A stretch of 64,000 nucleotides of DNA from Thalia democratica (taxonomy: Eukaryota): positions 26,970,001-27,034,000 of the forward strand of contig OZ241834.1 of assembly GCA_965202585.1 (NCBI GenBank). Direction: 5' to 3'. Position 1 is the first letter of the stretch; each line of letters starts with the position of its first letter. Positions 25,290 to 38,000 of the stretch are shown in pieces. The position numbers were made by a program, and so were the translations under genes. The notes beneath the pieces were generated by a model that saw only the letters and a program-made list of their open reading frames with translations, was not told where the DNA came from and searched no databases.

Positions 25290-26039
25290 ATGAAAGAACC
25301 CAGAAGACCGAAATCTCTCGACGTACCGCTCTTCTACAAACTCCGCTCCAACAAAAGCTGCTCGCTTGAATCCCCCGATCGTGACGTCACAAAACCGAAG
25401 GTTACCTTTGTGACGTCAGACGTGCTGCTGCTCGTCGACGGCTGGAAGTTCCGCAGGGGCAAGCGCCGCAGGAAAAAGGGGAAGCCCCTTTCAACTGGGG
25501 GTTTCTACATCGCTAGGCCGTACACTTGGGGGCCGTCAAACGGAGGGGAGAGCGACTGTTGTGACGTCACATTCGATTATGACGTCACAGTCAGGGAAGA
25601 TTATGACGTCACGGTGAACAGCTACGACGACGAGGCGTTCATCGAGGAGTTGGAGGAGGGGGAGGTGATCCCGAGCCCTGTGGTGTGCAAGAGGGAGAAG
25701 AAGAAATCAGAAAATAAAAATTTAATTTCCGATGATGAGGATGCAGATCGGAACGTTTCAGATGAAAAAGTTGAAGTTTGCTCGGCTGAAATTGCAAACT
25801 TGGAAAGCGAAACAGTCAAAACTGATTTCGAAAAATCCGAAATCGAAAATGAGCACAACTTTGAGAAATTTGATGCGGAAGTTGAAGAGGAAAATCAGAA
25901 TGCAGAGGAAAATTACGAGATTGTTATAAGCCTAATGTCTGACATGCTAGATAAGATATGCACAGAATCAAAAACTCAAAACGACTTTATGATGTTTAAC
26001 TCAAAAAAACCAGATGAAAAGTTTGAACTACGTGAGCAG
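25290..26039 (+). CDS. DLC1: DLC-family long-isoform first coding exon A (250 aa; basic, then acidic)
   Basis: ATG preceded by a 5'UTR acceptor at 25236, open for 750 nt, donor CAG|GTAAGC in phase 0. Confidence 0.8.
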
Positions 26040-29000
26040 GTAAGCTAGTACAAGCTTGCGTAACAGATTTTGATTTCTGTAAAATGAACTAATAATTTCA
26101 AAACTTGAGTAAGCTATGTGCGAACGTATAACACATTAACTTCTACAAAGCTAAATACAGTAATAATGCAAGTTGCTATTAAAAAGTACCACGGGTTGTT
26201 TATATGTTTATACTTCCACGTAAAAAAAATTATAATATCTTACTTACAATACTGTATTGAATTTTTAGTATTTTAGTTAAATGGATTTTTAGATTATGAA
26301 GTTTTGCAAAAGTTTTAAGTTAGGTTATAAAAATTCCTTTTATAAAAGTTGATTAACTGAGTTGCTTATATTTGACATTCATTTTAAGAGTTTTTGTTGT
26401 TCTACTTAAAGAATAAGATAAAATCAACTACTAATTTCTGAAAAATAAACTAAGTCGGCACAAATATTTATTAAGAGCTTTAAAAAGATGAATTTATTAA
26501 CAAAGCTTTCATCAAAGGACGTTTAGTTGCAAAACTACAGCTAAAAAATTTACTTTTTCTAATATATATGTTTATAGTTACAACTTTTTGTTCATTTAAT
26601 ACTACTTAAACTTAGCCTAACAAAAATAGCTTTTTAACGTTTTTAAACAATTTATTTTTCCCTTTTATCAATACTGACAAAGTTAAATATTGTTTAAAAA
26701 ATATTATACTGCTTAAAAATATTAATAACTTTTGTTGATTGAATCACTTGAGTTTATATGCAAAGCAATTTTAAAATAAACAATTTATTATATGTTTTAT
26801 ATGATTTATATTAATTGATGATACAGAAATGTTTAATGCATTATCTAAACATTATTGATAGGTTTATTTGAAAATATACTATGTAACCATCTTTTTAATT
26901 TTTTCGACATCGGTGTGTTTAAAAATTAGGCCAGGTCAAATGAAAATCAGTTTATTATTGTAAAGTTTTGTTTCGTAATTTACCACACTTCACATATACT
27001 AATGAAAAGAGCTGTTCGAAATATTTTACATATATGTTTACGTAATAGCAGGTTTTTACAAGGTTTCTCTCATTTAAAATTCGTGTATATCAACAATGAG
27101 CTTATTTTTTTATTTGAATTTAATCCTGTCTGAAGGTATGTTTAATTTAATATAAGGTGTCTGTTTTACACTTTCTGAAATATAGTTTTGTTTATTTATT
27201 TTTACTTCACAATAAAGTTTTTTAACATAAGTTAATTAAATTTTGAATGTTTAAATAACGTTTAAGGAAAAACTGACAAAGGATTTTCATTAACATCTCG
27301 TTAATAAAATCTAAAAAAGAACTACTAAAAACAGTCTGTACTTATTGAATAGTTTTAAGATGCTAAAGTTTTATTACGTGCAACTCAAAGTTTCTAAAGA
27401 TTTTACAAATACTTTAAGCCGTTATAAAATTTATTTAAACTTTTTATAAATTAATACTAAGTTTATATATAAAGACAATTATAAACAAAAAAATAAAAAA
27501 AGTTTTACTAAAATTTCGGCACACTAAGGTCAAAAATAATCATTTGCATATATGTATATTTTTCTATTGACCTACATTTAATTAACAACCAAAATTGTTC
27601 CTTTTAACATCTGGAGCTGTTAGTTTTTTGGCGGGTACATAACACATGTTTAAAATTCGTGTTTTGGAATCGTTACTTAACCAGACATTTATACCTGAAT
27701 TATGTAAGCAGAAAATTATCTCTACGAGACAAAAACTAAGTTTTAGTTTATACTGTCATTTTTGTCATTGTTTTGTTTGTCTTGCGTAGGCTAAGTGAAA
27801 GTTTTGCGTTGTAATCTTCTGCTAGGTTTATATACATTTTTTAATTTGTCTAAACTTTAATCTTCTGTGCTTTGCTTAATCGTAAATAATTTTTAATGTA
27901 TGTCGTAAAACATCTACAAACTAAAAACTTCTTAAAAAAAATTTTTAGTTATAAAGTGAATATTTGTACGTTTATTGAACTTATTTAAATCACTTGTATC
28001 TTTTAAGTGTATATTTATTATCGTTGCAATTAAGTTGAGAATTTTAATCAATAACCCAAAGTTTAGTTTTTCCTAGTTGATTTATTATTTTTTTTTTAAT
28101 AAAAGTTATTTTAAATCTTGTTGAAAAAAAAGATAGACTGCTTTTAGCTATATGACCTATTTCTAAAAATACTTTAATTTTTCCTACACGTATCGGTGTC
28201 AAGATGGATTAAAATTTTAGGCTTAGAGTTTTTTTTTGCTCAAGTTTAAAGTTTTTAACACACGCCCGAGATAATCTTTTACTTAATAACAGAAAAATTA
28301 TAGTTTCATTTTGTTATTTTATGACTAAAGTGTACAAAAATAGCATTTTTAGTAATAAGCGTATGTCATTTGTTCTCAAAAAATGTGTATTAAAAAGTAA
28401 AATGTAAGTTGCAGTGTTTTGTCTTTCAACTGTTTATGGTAACAACAAACTTACATTGTTTTTGAATTAAACTACCTTAGTGTTATAATAGTAAAGTTAC
28501 GTTCATGACACAACACTCAAAATATTAAGTTGATAGATAATATTAAGAAAGTAGCACTTTAACGACTATAGTTAGAAATGTACAGTTTTTGAGCATTGCA
28601 ACACAATTTCCGTTAACCTCTCACGAAAAGACCTACTCATTGTGTAAGCTAATAACATTTGTAATTTGAATTAAATTTTAGAAAATTTCATAAAAAAAAC
28701 ATTGTAAAATTACAAATACAATACAAAAACAAGTATTTAAAGCTTGTCTACTTAGGAAGCTTGTTCACTTTTGATGTCTAAAACTCATAACTTTAAATGA
28801 ATATTAGTGTTCAACCATACATTGATACTCTTTAGAGACAACTGCATCAGGTATAACCTACTTAGAAAAGTTTCAGTTAAAGATATGCAAATTTTACTAA
28901 AAAGTAACCAAATTTTCAAAGAAAAATGTTAAACTAAGTCATTATCAAACATTAAAAAACTACAAACTCCAGTTTTATTTATAAAAACACAAAAAAAAAA

Positions 29001-32000
29001 TTATAAACGTTTTTTTTTCTTTTGGAAAACCAGAACGAATTAAATTCTAATTTATAAACTATTATCTGAAGATTCTAATATTATTCAACTTATCGTAATC
29101 AAAATTAGTTTGCTTATAAACAAAGCTTATTGCACAAAACTCCGAAACATGATTTCATTTTTAACCAATAATAATTTTTTCTTCTTAAACTAACGCAGCT
29201 TCTTTTTCTCCCAACAGGAACTAGAAGAAGAGCAATCGTACCAGATCAACCGCTCCCCGGACACGTTGGAGGAAAAGGACATTTTCTCCCACCAGCACGA
29301 GATCGAACTGGAAAGGAACCGGGCGGGCATCCGGCGGCAGGACACCTTCAAGCGCAAGCCCAAAAAATTCCCCCAGATCAAGATCGTGCACGTCGACCAG
29401 GAGGTGGACTTGGAGGGATTGGATCGGACGATCACGGAGGACAGCTTGAGAGGAGGACGCGAGGAGAAGAGCCTGAGCGCGAGGTCGAGCCAGTGCAGCG
29501 TGGACTCGTCCAAGACGATCGTGGCGGGGGAAGGGGAAGGAGGGGAAGAGGAGGAAGAAGTTGGGAGGGTGGAAGTCGTGAAGATGTCGGGGCAGGAGGA
29601 AAGCGCAAAGTCGAAAAAGTTCAAGAGCAGAAAGTCCAAGTCGCTGGACCACATATTCGACAACTTGAATGTAAGAAATATTTTTTAAATTTTTTAGAGA
29701 ATTTTTTTAAAGTAGTTTGTTTTTTAATAAAAAAAAGTTTAGGTATCGACAAAAAAGTATATATAGCTTGTTTCAAGTAGGTATGATAAAAAATGCACTC
29801 ACATGACACTTTTTGTTTTTATTTTGTAACAAAAACTATTTAAACACAAACAACATAACATTTACATTCTTTTGAGTGTAAACAAAACTTGAAATATTTT
29901 TGTTAAGAATGTAAACATTAACTTCCGAAAATGAAAATAGTTGGCTTAAATTTTTGACATTTTAAATGTAGTATTTCTTTTTTAGCTGAAATTACTTTAA
30001 CTAATTTAATATTTTAATGAGGGTCTTCACTTCAAAAAAACATTAACTTTAAAAAGTACGCTTATGACAGTTGTCATTGTAATTTTTTTTGTGACATAAT
30101 ATATTTTAGATTATAAAGATACTCACATATGCATACGATGTACGAGAATATTTTAGCATGTAATCTATAATTTTAAAAATAACACGAGGCATTAAAACTA
30201 GTATTGTAAACTGCTACATTTCACTAATTTAGGAAATGCTTTTTATGTACATAAAACTAAAGGGATTTTCTTTTTTTGAGCTATTAATTGTTTGTGAAAC
30301 TTGTAAACTTTTAATTAAATTTTGTTAGGTTTTTTTTAGTTTGAAGAGATTTAGAATAAGCAGTAACAAATAGTGGAGCACTTGTCAAATTTTTTTACTA
30401 AAAAAATAAAATTATTTTAAAATATTTTAAAGTTTAAATAATCGAACAAACAAAAGTTGCTAAAAACTACTCAAAGATGCTAAAAAAAAGATTTATACTA
30501 TGTTTACTGTTTAAAAATGAGAATACACTAAAACTTTTCATTTAACTAAAAAGTACTTAAAGTTTTCTTCCTCTGAGTAAAAGTATAAAAACTATACACA
30601 AATCTATAAAATAGTCTGTTATTTCAAAAAGTGTTAAAAACTAGAAAACACTTTTTCTTTTATTTTCTCTTTAAAAAACTTTTAAAGAGAAAATAAATAT
30701 AGCAATTTAAAATCAGTGGGTGTTGTTATTTAAACTTGCATTTAGTCACAGGTTTTAATAAGTTACTATAAGTTTTCTTTAATGAAATTAAAACTTACTA
30801 AACAATACAGACAATGAGCTTTTTTAACTTTTTGGAAAAGTTCTTCAAAAAAGTGAGTTAATTTTTTGATCACACTTAACATAAACGTCATAGTCATAGT
30901 ATTTTGTATTTATTATTGGTTTGCAGAAAGTGTTTACAGTTTGAAACAGTCGTTTTGTTTTCAGTGCTAATGCGTTTTAAACGAAACGGCAAAAGAGCTC
31001 TAAGTGAAAACATCACACTGCTTTGTTTGCTGTTACCTTAAAGCTGTTGGAAGCAATAGGTAGTTCATGAATAATTTCGTGCTCTGCTATCTGATGGTCT
31101 TCTTTCTTATTTTTTCTTTCGGCCTTTTTGCATACACGCTGTCATATGGAAAAAGATTTCAGTTTTTTTTTTTTGAAAAGTTTGTATTGTTTTTGAAATG
31201 TATTTTTAAGTCTGTTATTTAATGGATTTATATGATTTTGTTTTAGTACTTTAGTTAGAATGCGAAAAGTCTATTTACCTTTGTTGTAATGTTAATTTAA
31301 CTTTTATCACTTTGTTTAGGTTATGTTCAAAAAGCTTACCAAAATCAAAATGTTTTGACTTTAAGAATTTTTATTTATTTATTAAAATTATTTATCTACA
31401 TGCATAGTTATTAGCATGTTTAAATTAAATAATGTTTTTTCTTTCAAATTATAGATATTTAATCTTAAAAAAAAGTCTTAAGCCTAGAGTTTTAATAAGT
31501 TTTAAACTAAATATTTCACAACAGTAACAATTTTATGAAAAAATTATAGTTTCTATAAACTATAACTTTATAAAAAATAGTTAATAACAAGCAAATACAT
31601 GTTTCAAAGTATAAAATAACCAGACCATTGCCATATGTTTTTATATAAACACTTGAACTTTAAGTAAGTGTTTCTTTAAATAAATACAATTAAACAGAAA
31701 TAAACCTATAAGTGAAGCTAGTTTTTATAAGTACTAAATGTTTTTACTAAAATATATAAAATGTTATTTTGGTGTGTTGAAAAATTCAAAAAAATAAAAA
31801 ACTTAAAGTTTGATAAATTTCTCCAAACTAAGAAAATTTTTTATAATTTTTTTATTTTCTATTTAAAAAGTTACATATGGTTTTACTTTAAGGACAACTG
31901 TTAGAAACTTAAACTATTAAATAATGTTCTTTTAAAATATAATTAGATGACGTTCATTTTAGATAAAAAAAAAAACAACTAAGTAAGCTCTACTAACATA

Positions 32001-35000
32001 TTTTTGTAATACGAGTATTGTATAACTAGCTAATAATGTAATTTAAACTTTTATATAACGTTTTTTAACTGGTGAGCTATAGTTTTTTCTACTAAAAAGC
32101 AAAAAATAGACTGAAAAATAAATTTAAGTAGTTGCTTGCTTATATAAGTAAAAAAAGGTTTAAAAAAAACTTTAAAATGTTTATTCAGTTAGTTTATATG
32201 TTAAAGCAAACTGGTTTGTTTGAAATAAAAAATAAGTGTTGAGGTTTATGTTTGGCTGATAAAGTTTTTTTGTTGAAAGAATAAGTGTAGTAAGCACTGA
32301 AGTAACTTTTTCGTTACATTAGTAATTACATTTAAGCATAAAACATTAAAGAGTTGTGCATACTAAAGTAAAAATTTTGTTAAAAAAAGTTTAATGTTGT
32401 TTAATATTTTACAAAACTACTTAAGGTTAGATTTGTGTAATATTTTTTTGATAATATTTTTCTAAATAAAAAACTGTAGTGATGCTTAACTTGATATAAA
32501 GAAAAATGTAACCAAGAAAGGTTTTTAAAAAAATGTATTATATAAAACTTTTATGCGTTAAAATAGTGTTAGCATATGGACATTTATTTTAAACTTGATT
32601 AGATTAGAATAAATAACGATTAGTTAGCAAATGTTACAAAAATACTTTTACTAGACGAAGCTAAATACTTAAACACATACTCTAAGCACTTAATCTTATG
32701 TTAAGTTTCGTTTCTTTTTTACTGTTTTTAATAAAGTTACAAACAGCTCGATAGTTTAAGCTCAAGATAAATGCAAGTCTTAATTATATAATCAAATTAA
32801 TCTTAAAATTAACTTTAGCTACCCTAGGCGTTTAAAAAAAACATGATATTTTACACAATTAAACTTTTATTTTATCAAAGTTTTCATAAACTTTATGGTG
32901 TAAATTTTTTTAAGTTGTTTTTCAGCTTAAGTAAAGCTCAGCTTAAAAACATTCTACAAAAACTTTAGTACAGTTTATTCAAGTTTAAAAAAGCAACTCT
33001 TTCATTAAACATTAAGATACTTTTAGCTTAATATTTTTTCATATTAGAAAGCTTTTTCAGATGCTTAATTTAACAGTTTAAAATTTTAGCCTATTTTGAT
33101 TTATTTTGTGAGCATAAAATAAAAACTATAAATTTAGTTTGCAGTATTAAATTTTTAGTTGTAGCATAAAAATATTTTTATTCCACCTAATTCAAAAAAA
33201 CAATTAAGAAACAGTTATATAATACAAATTATTTGGTATTTTAAATTTTAAATAGCTCTCATACTGGTAATATATTAATTTATAAAATATAAAGTAATTA
33301 AGAAAAAGCCGAACTTAATATTAATAAAACAATTATAATAGTCAGGAGAGTTTAACTGTTATGAAATTTAATTATTGTTTTTTTTTTTTTTGCAAAGGTA
33401 AAACGTTTTGTAAAGCACTCAATGTAAAAATAAGTTTACTAAGTATTCAACTTTACTTTGCTTTGATTAAGCTTAAATTAGATTTTTATTAAAAAATAAG
33501 TAACTAAATATAAAGACAACGTAAACACAAAACACTCTACAAAGAAACAAGACTGAATCCTTTCATGCTGATTTTTTCATAACTCATAAAAACTACCAAC
33601 TTTTTTTCAAAGAACCAGGATATGGACAAGTGTTCTGGCGACAGCTCTGCGTTTGTGAACACCAACAATGGTGTTGAGAGGATCTCCTCGGAGAAAAGGC
33701 ACAAGAGGGCAAGAGCGAGATCTTTCGTCTCAAAACTGGCATCCAGAAGAAACTCGGATCAAGTAATTTTTCTAAAGTTACATTTGTCATTTGTAAAATA
33801 GTCATTACAAAAATATTCTATAAGGTTTTTTTTAAGTTTAAGTTATCGTAAAATTTATAGAGTAAAATTTTAAAAGTTCTTTTTCAGCTCAGCTTAAAAA
33901 CATTCTACAAAAACTTTAGCACAGTTTAATTAAGTTTAAAAAAGCAACTCTTTTAGTAAACATTAAAATACTTCTAGTTTTATCAACTTTTTACATTATA
34001 CGATAATAAATGATATTTTTTTTATTGTTGTTAACGTAACCGTTAGGATCTTTAATAAAAATATGTTTACATCGACTTGACTTTTGATTTTTTATGAACA
34101 CCGTAATCATTTTATTTAAAAGATTATGCACATCTGAAATATTTTTGGAAACTAGCTTGTATTTATACATTAAGTTATTGATAAAAAGCAATCCATTTAG
34201 TTTTTCAAATTGGTTGAAAATTAATTAAAGATATTTATATAGGACAAAACTGTTTTATGTAAACTATTTACTATTTACTCTAGAGTAAAACTTCTTAAGT
34301 TAAGTATATCTTTGTATAATCATTTTTAAATTTATGAATTCAACTAACTGCATGCTAAATCGACATAGCAGTTTTTTTTAGAAAACTGCATGTTTATAAA
34401 GTTCAGTATACGAGTTATTATAAAAATGATTGTTTTTGCTAAGCTTATTTTTATTTCCTAAGGATCTGGAAATAATTAACAATTAATATATATTTCTGAA
34501 CACAACCCATATGATAAAATAGTTAAAAAACATTTATTTAAGAAAACCTTTTAAAGTTTAAAGTTGTGTTATTTTTGAGTATGCAAGTTGCTGACTAAGA
34601 AAAAAAAACTAAACTACAAAATTTGCATACGAAATTTTTTAAACTTTAATGACTTTGGTTTTGGTAATACTGACGATTTTCAGTGCTTAAACTTAAACAC
34701 AAACTTTTACGTTAACTTGACCACAAAATATCACCATGAAAACCTCACTAAAGAAAAGACAGTGTTACAAAAAGTTCTTACGTGTTTAAAACCAGATACT
34801 ATATAATGTTCAAAAAATTTAAAATCCGTGTAAATTAAACTAAATTATTCAAAAAAAAAATTGTGCACCCCAAGCTTATAACTCCCAAAAAATGCGGTAA
34901 TTATTTTCAAAATGTTTCGTATTTTTATTGTAAGTTTCAAAATTCCGCTCAAATAAATGGGTGATAGCTGTGAAGACCACTGATATAAATTGTAACATGT

Positions 35001-38000
35001 CATTTTTTTACTAATTGGTAATTTATTGATAAACATGATCTATTTTCAGAAAGAAGCTTTCTCTGCGACCAGTTCAATTTCATCAGGAACATCAGCTGGG
35101 AATTCCCCTTTTAGTTCCCCGAAACTCCTCAGAATACCCAAGAACGTCCTCCTGTCGAAAGTGAGCGATTTTTCATGCATAAAAATACTTTAGACAAAAA
35201 AAGGGGCTGTGTGCAACGGTTACTGAACAAAAAAATACTTTTCGTTTAGTTATTTTTGGTCTAGTTATATGAAAAAACTTTTTTTTTTTAGTTTTTTTCT
35301 GAATCATTTTGACGGTACTTTGTTCTATAACTACAATAGTTTGAGACGAACTTTATTAAAATTTTGTAAAATTAGAAGTATGAACTTATGGTACTTATTA
35401 TTTTTACGCATCTTAATTTTAACTCTTTTTGTTTACGATAACAAATCTGTTAAAGCCGTATTTAAATAATCCATACCTGTAAAATTACTTTTGTAACTAT
35501 AAGGTTGCAAACATTTCTAAAATTATCCAAATAAAATGAAGTGACATCATGCTTATTGTACATTATTTAATTCTTTAATTCAATTTCCTCTTTTTAAATA
35601 CCCTAATAACAAGATTAAGCTATTAAAGTTAAAAACGGCGAAAACAGTTGTTAAAAATTAAAACAGTTTTAACACTTTTTAGTAAATATAAATTTACTTT
35701 GTTTTTAACCTAAATTTTGTTTCAGCAATTGCACAGGAGTCGAAAACTATCTGGTTAGTCAAATTAATTATTACATAATTATTAAATATTTTATGCTTAG
35801 CTTTTCTACGATTAAAAATTGAAGTACTAAAATTATAGTGCCAAATCTTTTAACTTATTTTTGATATACAGTAACCTCTCGGATCTTTACGCACTCGTGA
35901 CGTTACGCACTCTCGTTTAGTTACGCATTTTAGAATTCTATAAAATTCAGAAAATAAAAGTTTTATTTTTTTTAAATATTGCACAAATTAGGTTTAATGT
36001 ATATTTCAAATTAAAATATGTTTTTGAATGCTAACACATCTCTCTTTATCTTTAGACTTTCTAAATTTATGTTCCTTGACTAAATGATTAACATTTAGTT
36101 ATACCTCAGTATACCAGAAATTTTGTTAACAATAAGAGATTAAATCAAAATTCTAAAATAACCATGACTGTGTATAATAATGAAAGTATAATGAAATAAT
36201 AAGAGTTTAAAACACAAAGAAATAATACAGCAGTCTTGCCCTATATATTAATAAATAGCATTTTATAATTGTCAAGAAGTGTTTACTTATAAACTGAACT
36301 TGCTAAGTAGAATAGAATATAAATGTCACATATTAAATACTTAATATTAAAATAGTAAAATTATTTCTACTCGTATTGTTATTTTATAGAAATTCAAATC
36401 CTTTTTTTAAACATATGTATAGTTTTATCTGTTGTTTTCATATTTATAAATAAAGTAAACAAATAGTTAAAAGTGCCCAGTCTGCTTTAAACTAGAAGCA
36501 ATATTAAAAAACAGCCATTATAGTGAGTATATTTGGTACCTCTCGTTTCTTTACGAACTCTCATATCTTTACGCAGTTTTTCTGTGGACACAATGTGCGT
36601 AAATAAGCGAGAGGTTACTGTACTATTAATTTTAGAACACATATACTACATATTGTAAGAATTCGACCCTAAGTTTATATGTAAAATTTGATAATACTTG
36701 GATAAAAATCAAACTTATTTATTGTTTTTACAAGAAGTACAACACACATGATTAGAATAAGAGAATGTTTTTCCATCATATTCATAAATATTATTTTTAG
36801 TTAATTTTACAATAAAACTAATTGTGTAAAAATTTTTAGGAAAATAAAGCTATATTCTAAACAAAAGTAGCTTAAATACTTCGAAGCTTATTCACTGCTA
36901 GAAATGTTCAAAAGAATTTCAACTTGTTTTTAAAACATGTTAAATACCTGTTAGACGCTCTGAGATAATTACCTTTAGGTTCAAAGAATGTGCGTTTTAA
37001 TCAACATTCTCAATTCTGTAAACGAATAACTTCGATTATAAGCGATGAAAATTGTTTTGTAAAAATTTAAAAAATTCTTCTATAAAAATTTTTAAAAATT
37101 CTTCTATAAAAAATAAAAACAAGTAATACGTAAAAATTATTAAAGCATAAGTTAGAAATAAAGTAATTTTAATAAAAACAAATCATATTATTAGAAACAT
37201 ATAAAAGCACTAATAAAAAAACATAAACATTCAAACCTTTTTGAAATCATTTAATAAATGATCATTCCTAGCATCAATTGTATAAAAAAAACCCTAAAAT
37301 ACTAAACAAGTCACTCAAATTGCTCACAGCAAAAAGCGGAAATCTCATCCGAAAGTGAAATTAATCACTTCTGCTGCTGTTACTTGTTGCAGCAGTCTGG
37401 CCCCATTACCGGAGCGCACGCCAATTTGCTTTCGACGAATATAACTCATGCTTACGTAACGCGGGGAGTCCGCTTTTTAAAATCGAAATTCGCATGAAAA
37501 AAAGTGGGATTTATTTGTTGTGCATATTTGTATATAACAGTTTGTACTTACTTGTATGTTTTTTGGTGCTTAGGTATTGAAAGTTGTGTTAGTAGATGGA
37601 GCTTAAGCTTATGTAGTTTGTTTTCAGTTTGTAGTATAAGAAATAATCAGTGATATGAGCTCATAAGCTGTTAAACTGCTGAATTTTAATATCGTTTTTC
37701 GAAAAGATTAGATTTCACTTTTACACATGTGAATAAATATACGAAATCAAGCAAATACTTTCAGCAGACAATTATTTCTATGCCAAAGAAAATTAGTGAA
37801 AAACATTGTGCACAAGAAGTTATCAATTTTTTTTTATTACTAATAAAATTACACATTTGTTAACCTTATCTAAAATATTGAACTTACTAACAAGTATGTA
37901 GTTCATATTTAGAAATTTTTCAAGAAAATATCAGTGGTTGAAGTTATATTTACACACTGCTAACACCCTAAGTTATTACAGAAGTCAGTGCTTTATTGTA

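Noticed and set aside
29524-29573. G-run cluster in exon B (possible RNA G-quadruplex)
   Set aside because: Fully explained by Gly/Glu codons in a GEGEGGEEEEE tract, and the runs are irregularly spaced.
29190-29663. Minus-strand ORFs of 157 and 143 aa (also 25622-25858, 39923-40321, 61272-61703, 63184-63585)
   Set aside because: Antisense shadows of GC3-rich DLC exons. They end at the exon boundaries and have no recognisable domain.
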